DNA of 64,000 nt from Carcharhinus amblyrhynchos (lineage: Eukaryota): NCBI GenBank assembly GCA_965287045.1, contig OZ336882.1:56854001-56918000 (forward strand), in the 5' to 3' direction. Numbering within the stretch: the first letter of the stretch is position 1; each line of letters opens with the position of its first letter. The notes under the pieces are model-generated. The model saw only the letters and a list, made by a program, of their open reading frames with translations, made no database searches and was not told where the DNA came from. The position numbers were made by a program, and so were the translations under genes. Positions 37,857 through 50,904 of the stretch are shown piece by piece.

Positions 37857-38208
37857 CTTGAAACCTGTGACCCAGGTATCTGTTCCTTAACACCCATGGG
37901 TAAAAGCTTAGCGCTTCCCTCTGCTGCGGTGCAAAGAAAGACTGTGCGGGGAGGTGGTGCGGATTCCCCGGGTGCATAGAGAGAGCGGGGCTGGCCGCGT
38001 GTGCCACCGGCTCAGGGAACAGGAGCTCGGGGCTGCCGTAGAGAGTCCTGCCGGCGTTCTGAAAGCCGCTGCCAAAGGGAGAGGCGTGCACCGAATCAGC
38101 GTATCTGAGCGCGGTGGGTCGAAGGGGCTCATCCCCGAGTGTGGAGGGGCTGTCTTTGCCTACCAGAGCCTCGATGGTGAAGCATTTCTTGGTCGCGGGC
38201 TGGAACAT
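37857..38208 (-). CDS. emx3: Emx3 homeobox gene, coding exon 1
   Basis: ATG at 38208; translates MFQPATKKCFTIEALVGKD...PLRPTALRY...FYPWVLRNRYLGHRFQ(G). Contains the eh1-like FTIEALV and the hexapeptide FYPWV. Donor CAAG|GTAATT, phase 1. KKCFTIExLVGKD and VLRNRYLGHRFQ match my recollection of teleost Emx3 better than Emx1 or Emx2. Confidence 0.95.
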
Positions 38209-38399
38209 GCCTTTCGCCAGAATGTGGGTTGGCTCTGATGGCAAAGATCAGGCAGCTTTGAGAAAGTCCAAAAACAGGTTCGAAAAAAAGGTTTTTGGTT
38301 GTCCCTCAGTAGTAGGCACAATTCCTTAGATCCAATGTGGACTCCAATCCATGTAACAATCCATATGCGTACCTGGCAATGTGTGATTCGGTTTAAAAA

Positions 38400-38560
38400 A
38401 AACTTGTGTTAACGATTTGGAGCTGGATGATCTAATTAAAAGGGGGCTGACACTAAACAGCCCATTGATTGCCAGCAGTTTCTCACCGATTGGCTCCATT
38501 ACCTGCCCTGCAGCTCCTCTCAGTTACAGGCGTGGTGGACATGCGCACAATGTGCGAGAG
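38400..38560 (-). promoter_or_regulatory. Putative Emx3 proximal promoter
   Basis: Minus-strand CCAAT box (GATTGG, ~38488-38492) and an AT-rich TTTTAATTAG element (~38432-38441), 230-290 nt upstream of the ATG, in TE-free sequence. The TSS cannot be determined from sequence. Confidence 0.45.
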
Positions 38561-41500
38561 GAAAGGGTCCAACCTATTTCCCAGTGAGTGCTGACCGAGA
38601 AACCCAAAAAAACAGACAGCATAGCACAGGTCTGGCTGTGTGTGCAACCTACACTGGGGAGGATGCAAACTCGCTGGGAAAGCGACCAAATCCTGCAGCA
38701 ACAACCAAATTCACCAGCTTCCTAGAGGCTGTGGCCTTAAAAGAATTAAAAATTTGCTCTTTCGAAATAAATTCGAAGTACTTCTCCGGGTGAGATACAG
38801 CAAATACGGCATCTCTCACTCTGCAGGAATCCAGCGAAAGATTTGCCTTCTCTATATCTATTCATCTATATCTATTCACTTCTATATGGATTCAAATTCG
38901 TTCATTCATATTTATCTCGTAAACGATATACACTAATCAATTATTTAATTTATATACATATATACCTAGTAATTCCCTATATCAATCTACCTATCAAATA
39001 TATCAATCATTGTGTCCCTATTTATATATCTGTTCATTAAGGTTTCTCCAGCTATGGTCATTCTCTCTCTAAGGTGAATCAGGAGGTTGACTCCCACCTT
39101 TGCCTCTGTGTGCCCGAACCCCCAGCACCATAAGGTTACACCGCCAGCGCTTCCTTCCCGCCTCCTGGACGGACCAGCCGCGGGTTTCCCCCCTCAGTCA
39201 GGTCGGCCACCAACAACAGCGGCGGGGGTTACAGGGCCTCGGGCAGTGCCGGAGCCGTGAACTTTAATCCACTGGAAACTTTCACTCTGACCAAAGGAGA
39301 TTTAAGCGGGGCTTAAATATGGGCAGACCCAGGAATATCAGAGCGAGAAAGTTGGAGCTGAACTGGAAACAACAGTTCCAGAGGTGAAGAAGTAGCGCTG
39401 ATCCAAGTGCTTCCGAAACCATTGAAACCAAATATATTTAAATTAACCCTTTGCCTCCTCCTGCTGGAGGAAGACTGCACATTTCACTGGGCAGATTCCA
39501 AAGGAAATTAAGAGTGATTACAATTGAGAAAATCTCCTGAATTGAAGTCTTGTAAATGTTAATTTACCACCAGAATTGGGTGAACAATCTGCTTTGTCGT
39601 GGTACAGCTTTACTCTTTACCTAATTTTTAAAATATGTTCGATTTGATGAGGTCCTGTTAATAATTCTTATCCATTGTTGTAATAATTAATATTACTCCT
39701 TCGCTTTTTAATCCTGGCCTCACATCCGTACAGGATTGGGCTTGAGTGCAAGTTCCTCCCAGCGGTCTGGTCATCGCCTGCAAACCCTAATAAACTTTTT
39801 GATGTTCAGTTTGTAATATTCCCAGCCTGTTTCCTTGGATTTTTAAGAAGCGAAGCACTATCAGAGACACCATTAGATTCCTGTCTGTTTCCCTCACCGG
39901 ACAGAGCATAAAAACACCTTCTCGCCACATTGGGTCCGTGATATTTTCACCCTAGAAAACTCTACTGGAGAATGTAGATATGAGCCAACATGAAGCAACC
40001 CCTTACATATCCAATATTGCTATTAATTATTCCGCAATCACAGAAAAGTGCAACCGGCTGGTATAAATAAGGGTAGGGACAGACTGGTCTGTTGTGGACA
40101 TTTATTTGAATCCTAAACTCTGGGATCCATTCCCCTCCATGAGACTCGGTGACAGGTGATGACACTTCCCTCACAGCTAAATGTAACGGCATTTTTCTCT
40201 GATGGAAGGTTGCTGCAGGTAAATGCAATTACCCCCCCCCCCCCCCCCCCGAAGCATTACTGCAGGTTAGTGCTCTTATCGGTCTACTATTGCTACGAGT
40301 AATTACATTTCCTTATCAATCAAAGGTGCTACAAGTAACTGTAATTCCTCTCGAAGGAAACATTCCCACAGGTAACCCGCTTGCCTTTCTGGCGAATCCA
40401 TTTTAGCTCAGGTTACACTCTGTGTCTCACTAATACTGACATTACACTCACTATTTCTCTTTCAAATGGCCGCTTTCCTATTTATTGTTTGCCCAAAATA
40501 ATAAAGTTGAAATAGAAACAAATCGATTGTAATAAGGGATATTGCATTAGCAATAGACCATGTTCACCGTCGCCTCTGGACAGGGTTAACTCTGAATGGG
40601 CTATTGCTAAGGGAATATTTAACATCCGAATTTGCAGTAAGCATGACATTCACTCAACGTTGCAGATTGTTCCATGTGTACATTTTTGGACTCGGTCTGA
40701 AAGTTCATGCATAGAGGTCAGGTCAATGACAATTCGAATGGAAACCGATTGTATTCAGTGTTTGTGTTTTCTTCGTAGTGTTGAATATTGGATCAAACAT
40801 AAAAGCTGCATGTTTCACTGCTATGCGTTTCACTGAGCGCACCCTGCAGTTAATATTCTGAAGCAATGTTAGTAAAACTCTGACATGGAACCCGTGTCGG
40901 TGGCTTTCTCTGTTTCGTTTTGTTTCCACAGATTGAAGTGTCATTTTATCTCTGTCACTTTCCCTCAACAGTTACCCAGGGTCACGATCTGAAGCCGTTT
41001 CGAGAGGGGGAAAAAAGCTGATAGGACGGTTTTTGAGAATGTAACTGCAGCACAAAATATCTAACCCAACGATGGAATTGTGTTTAAATTCTGACGGCGG
41101 ATACGCCTGCAATTTTTGGTATTAAAGCGACCGTGCGTGTTAATGTTCGCTGGATAAATGCAGACGGAAATTAGGCATCCAGGACCCACTTAATAAACGC
41201 GCCCGGGAGTTCAGTTATTGATGAGGCACGAACAAAACTCGAGTGGAGATCAAGTCGTGTTCAGGGAGTGCAATGCAAACATTCTAGCGGGAGTGGGTGC
41301 ACCTATACAGTATATTCTCAATGTATAACCACATTGCAGTGTACAGTGTTGGAAGCAGGAGCTGGGCACTTTGCGAGTTGAATAGGAACTCAAAGAGTCG
41401 CTAAAACATCACTCATGGTCGGACACAGAAGAGAAACAGCCAGCTCCAGCACTATCTACTGTACAATGATGTGCTCCTAACAAGCTAATACTTCCTGATG

Positions 41501-43608
41501 GTGTTACATTCTTGACTGCCAGAAATGTCCAATTCAGGCTCCAGACCACTGGGGTTGTTGAAGCCAGCATATCAATTGAGTTTCAGGCAGCAGCTAGTTT
41601 ATGCAGTGATACATGTTTCTGGTTTGGTGCCACTTTAATGGGCCAACACACCTACAGTCGATGTCCAATAATTCACCTGGCTTTGCGCGACATTACCTTT
41701 TTATTTAGAAGCTCTGTCGATGATTCAGTTGTACAAGCCGTAAATTAATAAACACAAACATCCTTTCAGAAAGTGAATTTTAAAAATCACTGACGAAAAG
41801 CAAAAAACAATTAAAAATTAGTATGAGCTAACCGACATCTGGAAGATGGAGTTTAGTGATTTCCCGTTTGCGGAATTTCACAATGCACATATTGCCCGTG
41901 CCTTCTATGTAATCCATGGCTTGGCCAAAGCCTTTGAGCCGGCAAGAGAATAGAAAGGGGTTTCATTATAATGTGCAAATATTATAATTTCGATATCATT
42001 TGCGAATATTTGCAGTCGCATAGAACGTCTTAGTTACAATAGCTGCCGCCGTTATCAATCCAAAACTAAAATTGTATCCTAATGTTACTTTTTCACTACA
42101 TATTTTAGTTATTAATATTGTTTCACAGATACGGCCGATTGATACCATGTACCCCCACCACCTGAGTGGCTAACCGCATTCCAAACGGCAGCTCAATCTT
42201 AGTTGTGCAGTTTGTAATTCTCTGGCCTGACACGCGGGGCCATCTGAAATTATTTTTTTGAAGACACATATTTGAGATCAAACAAATCGAAACGGTTGAG
42301 GTGGGAAAACAAAACAAGTCAAATCTGAAGGAAAGTCAGTCCTAAAATTCAATTGTTACACTGGATCCTGATTAAGTTTAAAGATTCTTGCGATTCGAGT
42401 TGCATTTCTGACTATGTGAATATCGGTGATGGAATAGGTTAGCAATTGAGAGAGTTGGACCTGTTTGGCTACATAACAATAATCGGGGCGCTTCTAAAGT
42501 AGTTCACTGTCGATTAATAGCTTCGAAACGTTTGTGACAGACCCGGTGAAGCCATATATAAAAGGCAATCTTTTTACGTACTGTAAAGTTAGCTTAAAAG
42601 GGTTCGATCACTGTAACTTTGTGATTCTCCTTATAAGGTACGAATAATTCAATATCTGCTTATTGCACGAAATCAATTTTCTCATTATCGAAACTTAATA
42701 GTGCAATTAATTTAAATAGTTAAAAACGCTTTTGCAACTCTGCAACTGATTTCCCTCTCAAAGGAGTTTCCAGTCTGGCTCCGGCTTTTAAAAGAATCCT
42801 GTTGGGGATTCTATATTGTTAATCCTCTTAACAATATAATGCGGTACTCCTTCGCTCCAGCTTCTATTTTAGATGCTATTTCAGTGTTACAGATACCAGC
42901 AGAATCCATGCCATAGAAGGGTCAAGCTCATTCTCGCTCATTCCAGTGGCAGTGATTGCTTACATTTAATATTGCTGTAAAGTGGTTTCGGTTTCAGATT
43001 TGCACAGGAGTTCAGAGTTGGTTCAACCTGACATTCCTCACGCCATGGGTTCCACTCGAATGTCAAAACGGCCTGGAAAAGTGCGCAAGGGTTTCATTAG
43101 ATCTCCTGCGTGTATTTGAAAAAACACTTGGTTAATCGAAACGTTTACAGATTGACGAGTACCACAAAAAATACATTCGAAACACCGGGAGGATTCTCTG
43201 CTGAAAAGGCGGGGTTCCAGCCAGGTAATCGAAATTGAATCAATAATGAAACTACCGTTCAGGGACGGGTAATTACAATAAAGGCAGCATAAAAACACAA
43301 TTCCTCTCAAAGTTACCCATCTACTCAGCCAATAGCTGGACCGTGCAACCCAAACCAAGGGCAAAATTCAGTCCATGAAATGAGCAGGTTCCAGGTTCAA
43401 GTTCCACTCCAGGACTTGAGCTCAAAATTCAAGGCTAACATTCGGTGCTGAGCGCTCAGTTTAATATTCATACAGGTTTACAATCGATATTAATGACTTA
43501 GATGAAGAGCCAGAGAGAATTGTATCTAATTTGCTGATGATAGAAAGTTCAATTAAAAGGTAAGATGTGAGGAGGACACAGAGAGGTTGCAGACAGAGAC
43601 AGGTTAAG

Positions 43609-44083
43609 ATTTAATTTGATTTATTACTGTCATATGGATCAGCATATAGTAAAAAAAAAGTCGTGCTATACAGACAAAGAATATCCTTCATAGAGAAGGA
43701 AAGGAGAAGGTGTAAAATGTATTGTTACAGTCATAGCTGGGGTGTAGAGAAAGATCAACTTAATATCCAACTTAAAGTCCATTCAAAAGTCTGATGGCAG
43801 TAGTGAAGAAACTGTTCTTGAGTCATTTGGTATGTGTCCTTAGACATTTGTATCTTTTTCCCGATAGACAAAGATGGAAGAGAGTATGTCTGGGATGCGA
43901 AGGGTCCTTGATTATGCTGGCTGCTCTTCCAAAGCAGCAGGAAGTGTACACAGAGTAAATAAATGAGAGGCTGGTTTGAGTGATGGATTGGGCTTCGTTC
44001 TCAATCTTTTGAAGTTTCTTGCAATCTTGGACAGAGCAGGAGCCATACCAAGCTGTGATACAACCAGAAAGGATGCTTTCTAT
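43609..44083 (-). mobile_element. Rex1/Babar-like LINE, 3' fragment nested in CR1
   Basis: IESILSGCITAWYGSCSVQDCKKLQ...IIKDPSHP; homologous to 1379-1935 in reverse orientation. Confidence 0.8.
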
Positions 44084-44706
44084 GTAACAAAATGGCAGGT
44101 GGAGAATAATGTGGAAAAATGTGAAGTTATTCACTTTGGTCATAGGAACAGAAAAGTAGAATATTTTTTCAAAGATGAGAAACTTGTAAATGTTGATGAT
44201 CAAATAGATTTAGGTAGGTGTGCTGGTACAAAGAATACAGAACATTAGTATGTAAGTGCAATAAGCAATTAGGAAGGCAAATGGGATGTTGGCCTTTATT
44301 GCAAAGGGGATTGTAGTACAGGAATAAATAAGTCTTACTACAATTATACAGGCTGTTGATGACATTACATTTGGAATACCGTGCATAGATTTAGTCTCCA
44401 CATTTAAAGATATATTTGCAATGGAAATGGTACAGCAAAGGTTCATTAGATTGGCCCCTTAAATCAGCAGTTTGTCCTATGATGAGAGACTGAGTAAATT
44501 GGGTTGATATTCTCTGGAGTTCAGAAGAATGAGAGATGATCTCACTGCAAATTCTGAAGGGGTTTGATTGGGTAGACACTGAGAGAGATTGTTTCCATTG
44601 GTCAGAGAATCTAAAACACTGGGGCACTGTCTAAGGATAAGAGGCCTAAACATTTATTATTGAGATGAAGAGAAATTACTTCACTCAAAGGGCTGAAAAT
44701 CTTTGG

Positions 44707-44874
44707 ATAAAAAGCAAAATACTGCGGATGCTGGGAATCTGAAATAAAAACAGAAAATGCTTGAAAAAACACAACAGATTCTGCATTAGGGTCACTTAGA
44801 TCCAAAATGTTAACTCTGTTTCTTTCCACAGATGCTGCCAGACCTGCTGCATTTATTCAGCATTTTCTGTTTTC
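44707..44874. mobile_element. Family A element inserted into a CR1 fragment
   Basis: Inverted arms as in the other copies; interrupts the CR1 sequence ...AATCTTTGGA|...|CTTCTCAACCCCAAAGG. More decayed copies lie at ~9320-9420, ~36770-36845 and ~45880-45975. Confidence 0.65.
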
Positions 44875-45057
44875 TTCTCAACCCCAAAGGTGCTCCATTG
44901 TTGAATACATTTAAGATTGGGATAGACAGATACTTGGTTTATGGGGAGTTAAGGAATATGGAGAATGGTTGGAAACCCAAGCTCAGCCATTATTATGTTG
45001 AATGGCAAAGTGGACTCTATGGGTTGTGTGGTCTACCTCTGCTCCTATTCCTTGTTT

Positions 45058-45369
45058 AAAGTTTTACAGTTTATTTATTAGTGCCACAAGTAGGCTTACA
45101 TTAACACAGCAATGAAGTTACTGTGAAAATCCCCTAGTTGTCACACTTCAGCACCTGTTCGGGTACACTGAGGGAGAATTTAGCATGGCCAATGCACCTG
45201 ACCAATACATCTTTGGACTGTGGGAAGAATTCGGAGTATGTGGAGGAAACCCAACAGACACGAGAGAACATGCAGACTCCGCATAGACAGTGACCCAAGC
45301 TGGGAATCGAACCCAGGCCCCTGGCGCTGTGAGGCAGCAGTGCTAACCATTGCGTCATCATGTTGCCCT
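45058..45369 (-). mobile_element. V-SINE, alternative-tail subfamily
   Basis: Same head and core, but the tail reads ...GTTAATGTAAGCCTACTTGTGGCACTAATAAATAAAC. Confidence 0.85.
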
Positions 45370-47644
45370 CATCCCTTGTCTGTTCTGGTGCTCCTGTTAA
45401 TGTAACAAGATCTGCTTTGAAGAAAAACAGAACAGTTAACGCCGGTGTCCTGGTTATTACATTTTGTGGTCTTGTTGTGAGCAAATTGTCCACCTCTTTT
45501 CCTACAATAAAAAAGTAACACTTCAGAAGTGCATCATCGATTAGAAAACACTGTGGGAGTCCCCAGACCTGAGAATTGTTCCAGAAATTTAAGTGCTTAT
45601 TTTAAAACTGGGTTAGAGAGAGGAATATTCTCCAGTTTTCCCACTTCCCAGTGCAATCCAATGACTTCTACGACTTGAATTGGGTCTGTGGTTTTTACTC
45701 ATTGTATGGATGTCAGCATTAATGATTAGGCCAGCATTTATTGCCCATCCTAATTGCCTTTGAGAAGGTGCTGGTGATTTTGACCCAGCAACAGTGAAAG
45801 AACAGAGATATATTTCCAAAGGTACATTTGTGTACTGCATACACTAGGATATCAGGCAGGAACAGGAACAGAGACACTGCAAAACAGAAAAGGTTGGGAA
45901 TAATCATCAAATCTGGAGGCATCTGTGGAAAGAAACAGATATAACTTTTCAGGTCGATGATGACTTTGCGTCAGACCCAGACTCAATTGTGATGACTCTA
46001 TTGGTCATCTTGTTTGCTGGCATTGAGTCAAGATCCAAACTTCAATAATACCCAGTCGGGTTGATCCTGTAACCCTAATCCAGGATTCTTGGAGGAAGGG
46101 AAGGACAAACTGGTGAGAAAACAAGACAGGGAAGAAAATTCCTCATCCAAAGAAAAGAGATGGCAGCAACAGACAGATTATAACAACAGCATATAAAGTA
46201 AGGAGGCAGGCAACATACATGGAGAAAATTAATATTTTAAAAAATTGCACAAAATGAGGAGATGAATGAAAAGGAATAGCAGAGAGATACCGAAACAAAA
46301 GGTTGAAAAGCTAAGGCAGCAAGAAAAAAAGGTGAGAAATAAAGTGTGAAATGAAATGTGAAATATAATGGGAAGACATGAAAAAAGTATTATAAAAAAA
46401 AGGAAAAGTGGTCCAGATGGGAGAGTAGAAAATAACAAAATACAGAGACAGGAGGAATGCAAATAATATGGGATTAGCACAGAAACAGAGAGGACAGAAG
46501 TGTGAAGAAATTAACTACATCACTGACAACACAACTGCTGTATCTGGAGTAAATCCCAGAATTTAACATTTCAAATTGTACCAACAACAAACAGGCAAGC
46601 GGCAAGATTTAAACTAACCATTCCATCATTCATTGTGTCAGACCAATGTTGACCATAGGAATCTCATACATATATTACCACAACAACGGTAAGGCCTCAT
46701 GGACAAATTCTATTCAGCACGGTTAATAAACACAGGGCTGTAAGTTGGAGAAGTTACATCATTTAGATCAATGGGACCAGAGTGATCATTAATCACCTAG
46801 GGGATAGCAGCACTCTCATCTTTACACAAACTGTATCAGAAATAGACGTGAGAACTATATATTTGCTCTTTCCTTCTGGTATGACAAATAAACAGCAGAT
46901 TACTTCAATTCCACACACCCAGGAGCAACCTCACTGTGGATCCAACTCAATCAGTGATGTATTTGGCATCATAATTCTTGGGTAGAATTGGTTTGATGGA
47001 CTGAAGGGTCTTTCCCTGCTTTTTTTAAAACATGCTATTTAAATTGTTATAATTTTCTGTTTTTATTGCAGCACTGTTAATAGGTTTTATGGTATAATTC
47101 TTCAGGCAGGCACCTGGCATTGAAAACTGTTATTTCAGTCCAAGAATTTTGTTTCTTGACCTGTATCCAGGTTGTATCCTTTGATCAGTATGTAGCTGGC
47201 AGACAGGAAACCACCTCCCCAGTGACTTGATTGAGTTTCCAAATCCAGTTATTGAGAAATCTACAGTTTGCCCAATGGGTTTCCATTTGTTCAACAATGA
47301 GAACATGCATTCACTCCCCCTGTTAAGGACACTTCCCACTTCCCCAAGTCCAGAAAATCTCCTCACAAATTGAGAGAGTCAGGGCAAATGTACTCAAGCA
47401 TATGGGCTGGAGTTTTATTAAGTAAAATTCACCTATTTTGCAGCTGTTGCTATTGTTCGGATTGCTTACTGGACTGTTACTTTTTGGGAGTGCCATGCTC
47501 TTGCTACCCTACCCCTCTTTCCCTGCTTTAGGAACTCAAGAACAAGATCAACAGAAAGTTCTCACTCAGAAATGCCCAAATTTCACAGCAATCTTAAATC
47601 CTAGCCTGGCTTCTCCTTGTCCAAGCTGATAAATTATTATTTTC

Positions 47645-48680
47645 TATTTGTTCATAGGATTGCTGCCCAGAGCAGAAATTATTACTCACCTCTAATTGCT
47701 CTTGTTTTGGAGCAGCCTTTTTGAATCACTGCGTCTATATGTTGTAGGTATGTCAAGTGCTGTTAGAAAGGGAGTTCCAGAATTTTGAGTCAGTGACAAC
47801 GAAGGGAAAGCAACATATTTCCAAGTTAGGAAGATGTGTGACTTGGAGGGAAACTTGCAGGTGATGGTGTTCCCATGCTGTTCCCCTTGTCTCTCTAAGT
47901 GGCAGAGATCACAGGTTTAGAAGATGCTGTCAAAGTTACAGCAATGCATCTTGCAGGTGGTGCATACTGCTGCCATTTGGATGGAGTGAATGTTTAAGAT
48001 AGTAGCTGAGGTGCTGTTCAAATTGGTTGCTTTGTCCTGGACAGTGGGGGGCTTCTTGAGTCATAGAATCACAGAATTCCTACAGTGCAGAAAGAGGCCA
48101 TTCAGCCCATCAATTCTTCACTGACTCTGCGACAGAGCAGGCCCAGCCGCCCCCATCCCCGCCCCCCCCATTCGATCCCTGAAACTCCATGTATTTACCC
48201 CACTGATCTCCCTAAACTACACATCTTGGGACACCAAGGGACAATTTAACATGGCCAATCCACCTAACCTGCACATCTTTGGACTGTGGGAGGAAACCGG
48301 ACCATCCAGAGGAAAAGCAAGCCGACACATGGAGAACGTGCAGACAAACCCTAACCCTAATCTTAATCCAAGGCTAGAATTGAACCTGGGTCCTTGGTGC
48401 TGTGAGGCAGAAGTGCTAACAACAATGCCACCATGCTGCCCTCATCCTGGCAAGTGGAGAGTATTCCATCACCTTCCTGAATTTTGCCTTGTAGATGATG
48501 AGGAGCCATTTGGGGAATCAGAAAGTGCTGCAGAGTACTCAGCTTCTGACCTGCTCTTTCAGGTGAAGCATTTATACGTCTGGTCAGATTAAACTTCTGG
48601 TCAATGTTAAATCCCAGGAAGTTAATGGTGGGAGGATTCAGTAATAATAATGTCAGAGATGATTAGATTCTCTCTTGTCA
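47645..48680 (-). mobile_element. 3' part of the same LINE family, interrupted by a V-SINE
   Basis: Reverse complement resembles 3700-4080 (CTCAAGAAGC...GTCCAGGACAAAGCA; TTAACATTGACCAGAAG); split by the SINE at 48061-48440. Confidence 0.6.
48061..48440 (-). mobile_element. V-SINE (HE1-like)
   Basis: Full head, core and tail; contains a short CCCTAACCCTAA patch at ~48348. Confidence 0.85.
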
Positions 48681-50180
48681 TTTTGTCCATTCAGTAAGTG
48701 AATCTCACATAGCTTCCACATCCTTCTCAAGAAAACAGTGTTTCATGTTATGGGGGAGACAAGAATTTCTCCAGGACAACTAGCAACTCACTGTTAACCC
48801 CCAATTACAGCAGCAACATCAAATTTCTGGCAGTCCACTCTGTAATATATACTTGAGCTGCCATTTCATTTAGATTCATAACTGAGTTGCTTCATTTTCC
48901 AGATTAGCTTTAAATGTTACCGGGAGGTGAAATCACAGCAGTGCTACAATTGGGAACATTGCAGTGGTGTCTCTGTGTGAGTCAACGACACATTCAGATA
49001 CAATCCATTCTCATTACAGCAAAATTATCACATTTCTCAAGCCTCAGATTAAAGGTGTGAAAGCTGGCTGCTGTTTGAAGTTTCTTTAATCACTTGGTGG
49101 GTAGGAGGACATGCTGTACTGAAATTCAGCTTTTAACTAATGAGGTCACTTATTATGAGAGATTCAACAATATTCCACTAAACAGGTATCAAAGCAGAGC
49201 ATCTCATAAAAGTACACAACTTTACAAGCAATTTACACCTTGAGTTTAAAATTATTATAGTAAAGATTTTTCACTTCACTCAGTCCTATTTACATCTCTG
49301 CCGTTATTTTTCCCCCTTTGAGTTTGGAGTGTTCTCTCTTTCTTATTTTGCCATCTTGCCTTCTCCACAATTTGTATCCTTTCATTCTCTGTTCCTTGAT
49401 ATTCTAAATTTCCATTCATATCTTTATTATTTCATTTATCGAGATCCACTGCACACAGCTTTACCGCCTCAATCTGTATATCAAACAAAATTGAAAATAT
49501 CAATATCATTCAATATCAAAATAATTAAAGTCTATCCCATATAATTACTTCCTAAATGTATCCAACACCACTGTACACCAAGAGTATCATGTGCACGTGT
49601 ACTTACATATATTCCATGCAATGTATCTCATACCAATGGATGAGTATCATTTTAACTCAAGCAAGTCTATCCCAGTTGTATCCAAAATAATTATATTCCA
49701 AGTGTATTCCTTTTAAATAACTCATATCTCAGCTGTATTGTATACAAGCACACCTCAGTTACTGCATTTTGAGTTCTTCAGCATCAGCTGTCCCTTGATT
49801 CAAGAATGATATCTATTCAGGGCCATTAGGTTTTGCTGTGGCTTTTCATGTGCTTGAACAGGCCAAATCTCAATCCACACATCTGCACATCCAAAGACAT
49901 AGTGTGATCTGGAGTGCAGGGTTTTCTTCTGCTTCTTTCCTTCTCTGCTATCACTCTGCCTCATCATTAAGACTTTGGGACTTAAGCCATGATGGACAAG
50001 TTGTTACCATACAGAATAACTGACAGCAATTTTCTCCCAATCATTAATGTCAATGCTTCTGTTCTTCAAGGAGAGCTTCAAAGTGTATTTGAATCATTTT
50101 CTTTGACCTAGTACATTGGCCGTTGAAAACTGTAAGAAACAGGACCTGATGAGGGTGAAGGTTTTTAGCATCCAGACGCA

Positions 50181-50312
50181 AGGCAGGATTTTCTGACTGC
50201 ACTCGTCCCTAAACCAGAAAATCCCACCTGAAGTCAACGGGCATTTACATGGTCCACCCACCCCATTGCCCGCTACGAATTCCGTGGCAGATGAGAGGGG
50301 AAAATTCCCTCC
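50181..50312. mobile_element. ~130-bp MITE, same family as 8238-8366
   Basis: GGCAGGATTTTC...GAAAATTCCCTCC; shared internal AAACC.(G/T)AAAATCCCACC..AGGTCAA-like segment. Confidence 0.7.
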
Positions 50313-50559
50313 ACTGTATCCAGTTCCTGTTGATTTTTTAGGCATTTTGCCTGCGTGGTTTTGGAGATTGCTTCAAGAAGAACACAAGTGTTTGTGCAAA
50401 TATACACCCAATGATTCCAGAGGATGTGGCAGAGGCATTGCTGATGGAATTCCTCATGTATTCATATGTATCCATGATACACAGTCCAGGTCTCACTGTA
50501 GTACAAGAGCATTGTGATAGCAACTGCTCTCACTTTGTTCAATGTTTAGCAGGTGGGTT

Positions 50560-50757
50560 TCATAGAATCCCTACAGCACAGTAAGAGGCCATTTGGCCCA
50601 TTGAACCTGCACCGACTCTCCAACAGAGCATCTTACCCAGGCCCTATCCCTGTAACTCCACATACTTAGCCTGCTAACTGGTCTAACCTACACATCTTGG
50701 GGCATCAGGTGGCAATTTAGTATGGCCAATCCACCTAACCCCACACATCTTTGGACA
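50560..50757 (-). mobile_element. V-SINE, 5'-truncated
   Basis: Tail and 3' part of the core only. Confidence 0.75.
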
Positions 50758-50904
50758 GTACACTTTGCTCTGTAGACTAGGACCTTTGTTGATTTTGCTG
50801 TCAAACACTTGCTGCCATAATTTATAAAAGGCTGAACTGATTTATCTGACCCAGTGTTAAATCTCCTCATTAATGGTGGCCTTTTGAAGAGGTGGTCAAA
50901 CTAA

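Larger units (their letters stand above)
43455..45055 (+). mobile_element. Decayed CR1 LINE 3' region (host of two insertions)
   Basis: Fragments INDLDE...FADD, WQVENNVEKCEVIHFGHRNRK and KANGMLAFIAKG; CR1-type tail CCTCTGCTCCTATTCCTTG. Confidence 0.8.

Noticed and set aside
38209-38244. 12-aa N-terminal extension of Emx3 in the ORF track
   Set aside because: Starts at TTG; the conserved Emx N-terminus (MFQP) begins at ATG 38208.
48348-48365. Second interstitial telomeric site
   Set aside because: Only two CCCTAA units inside a SINE; too short to interpret.
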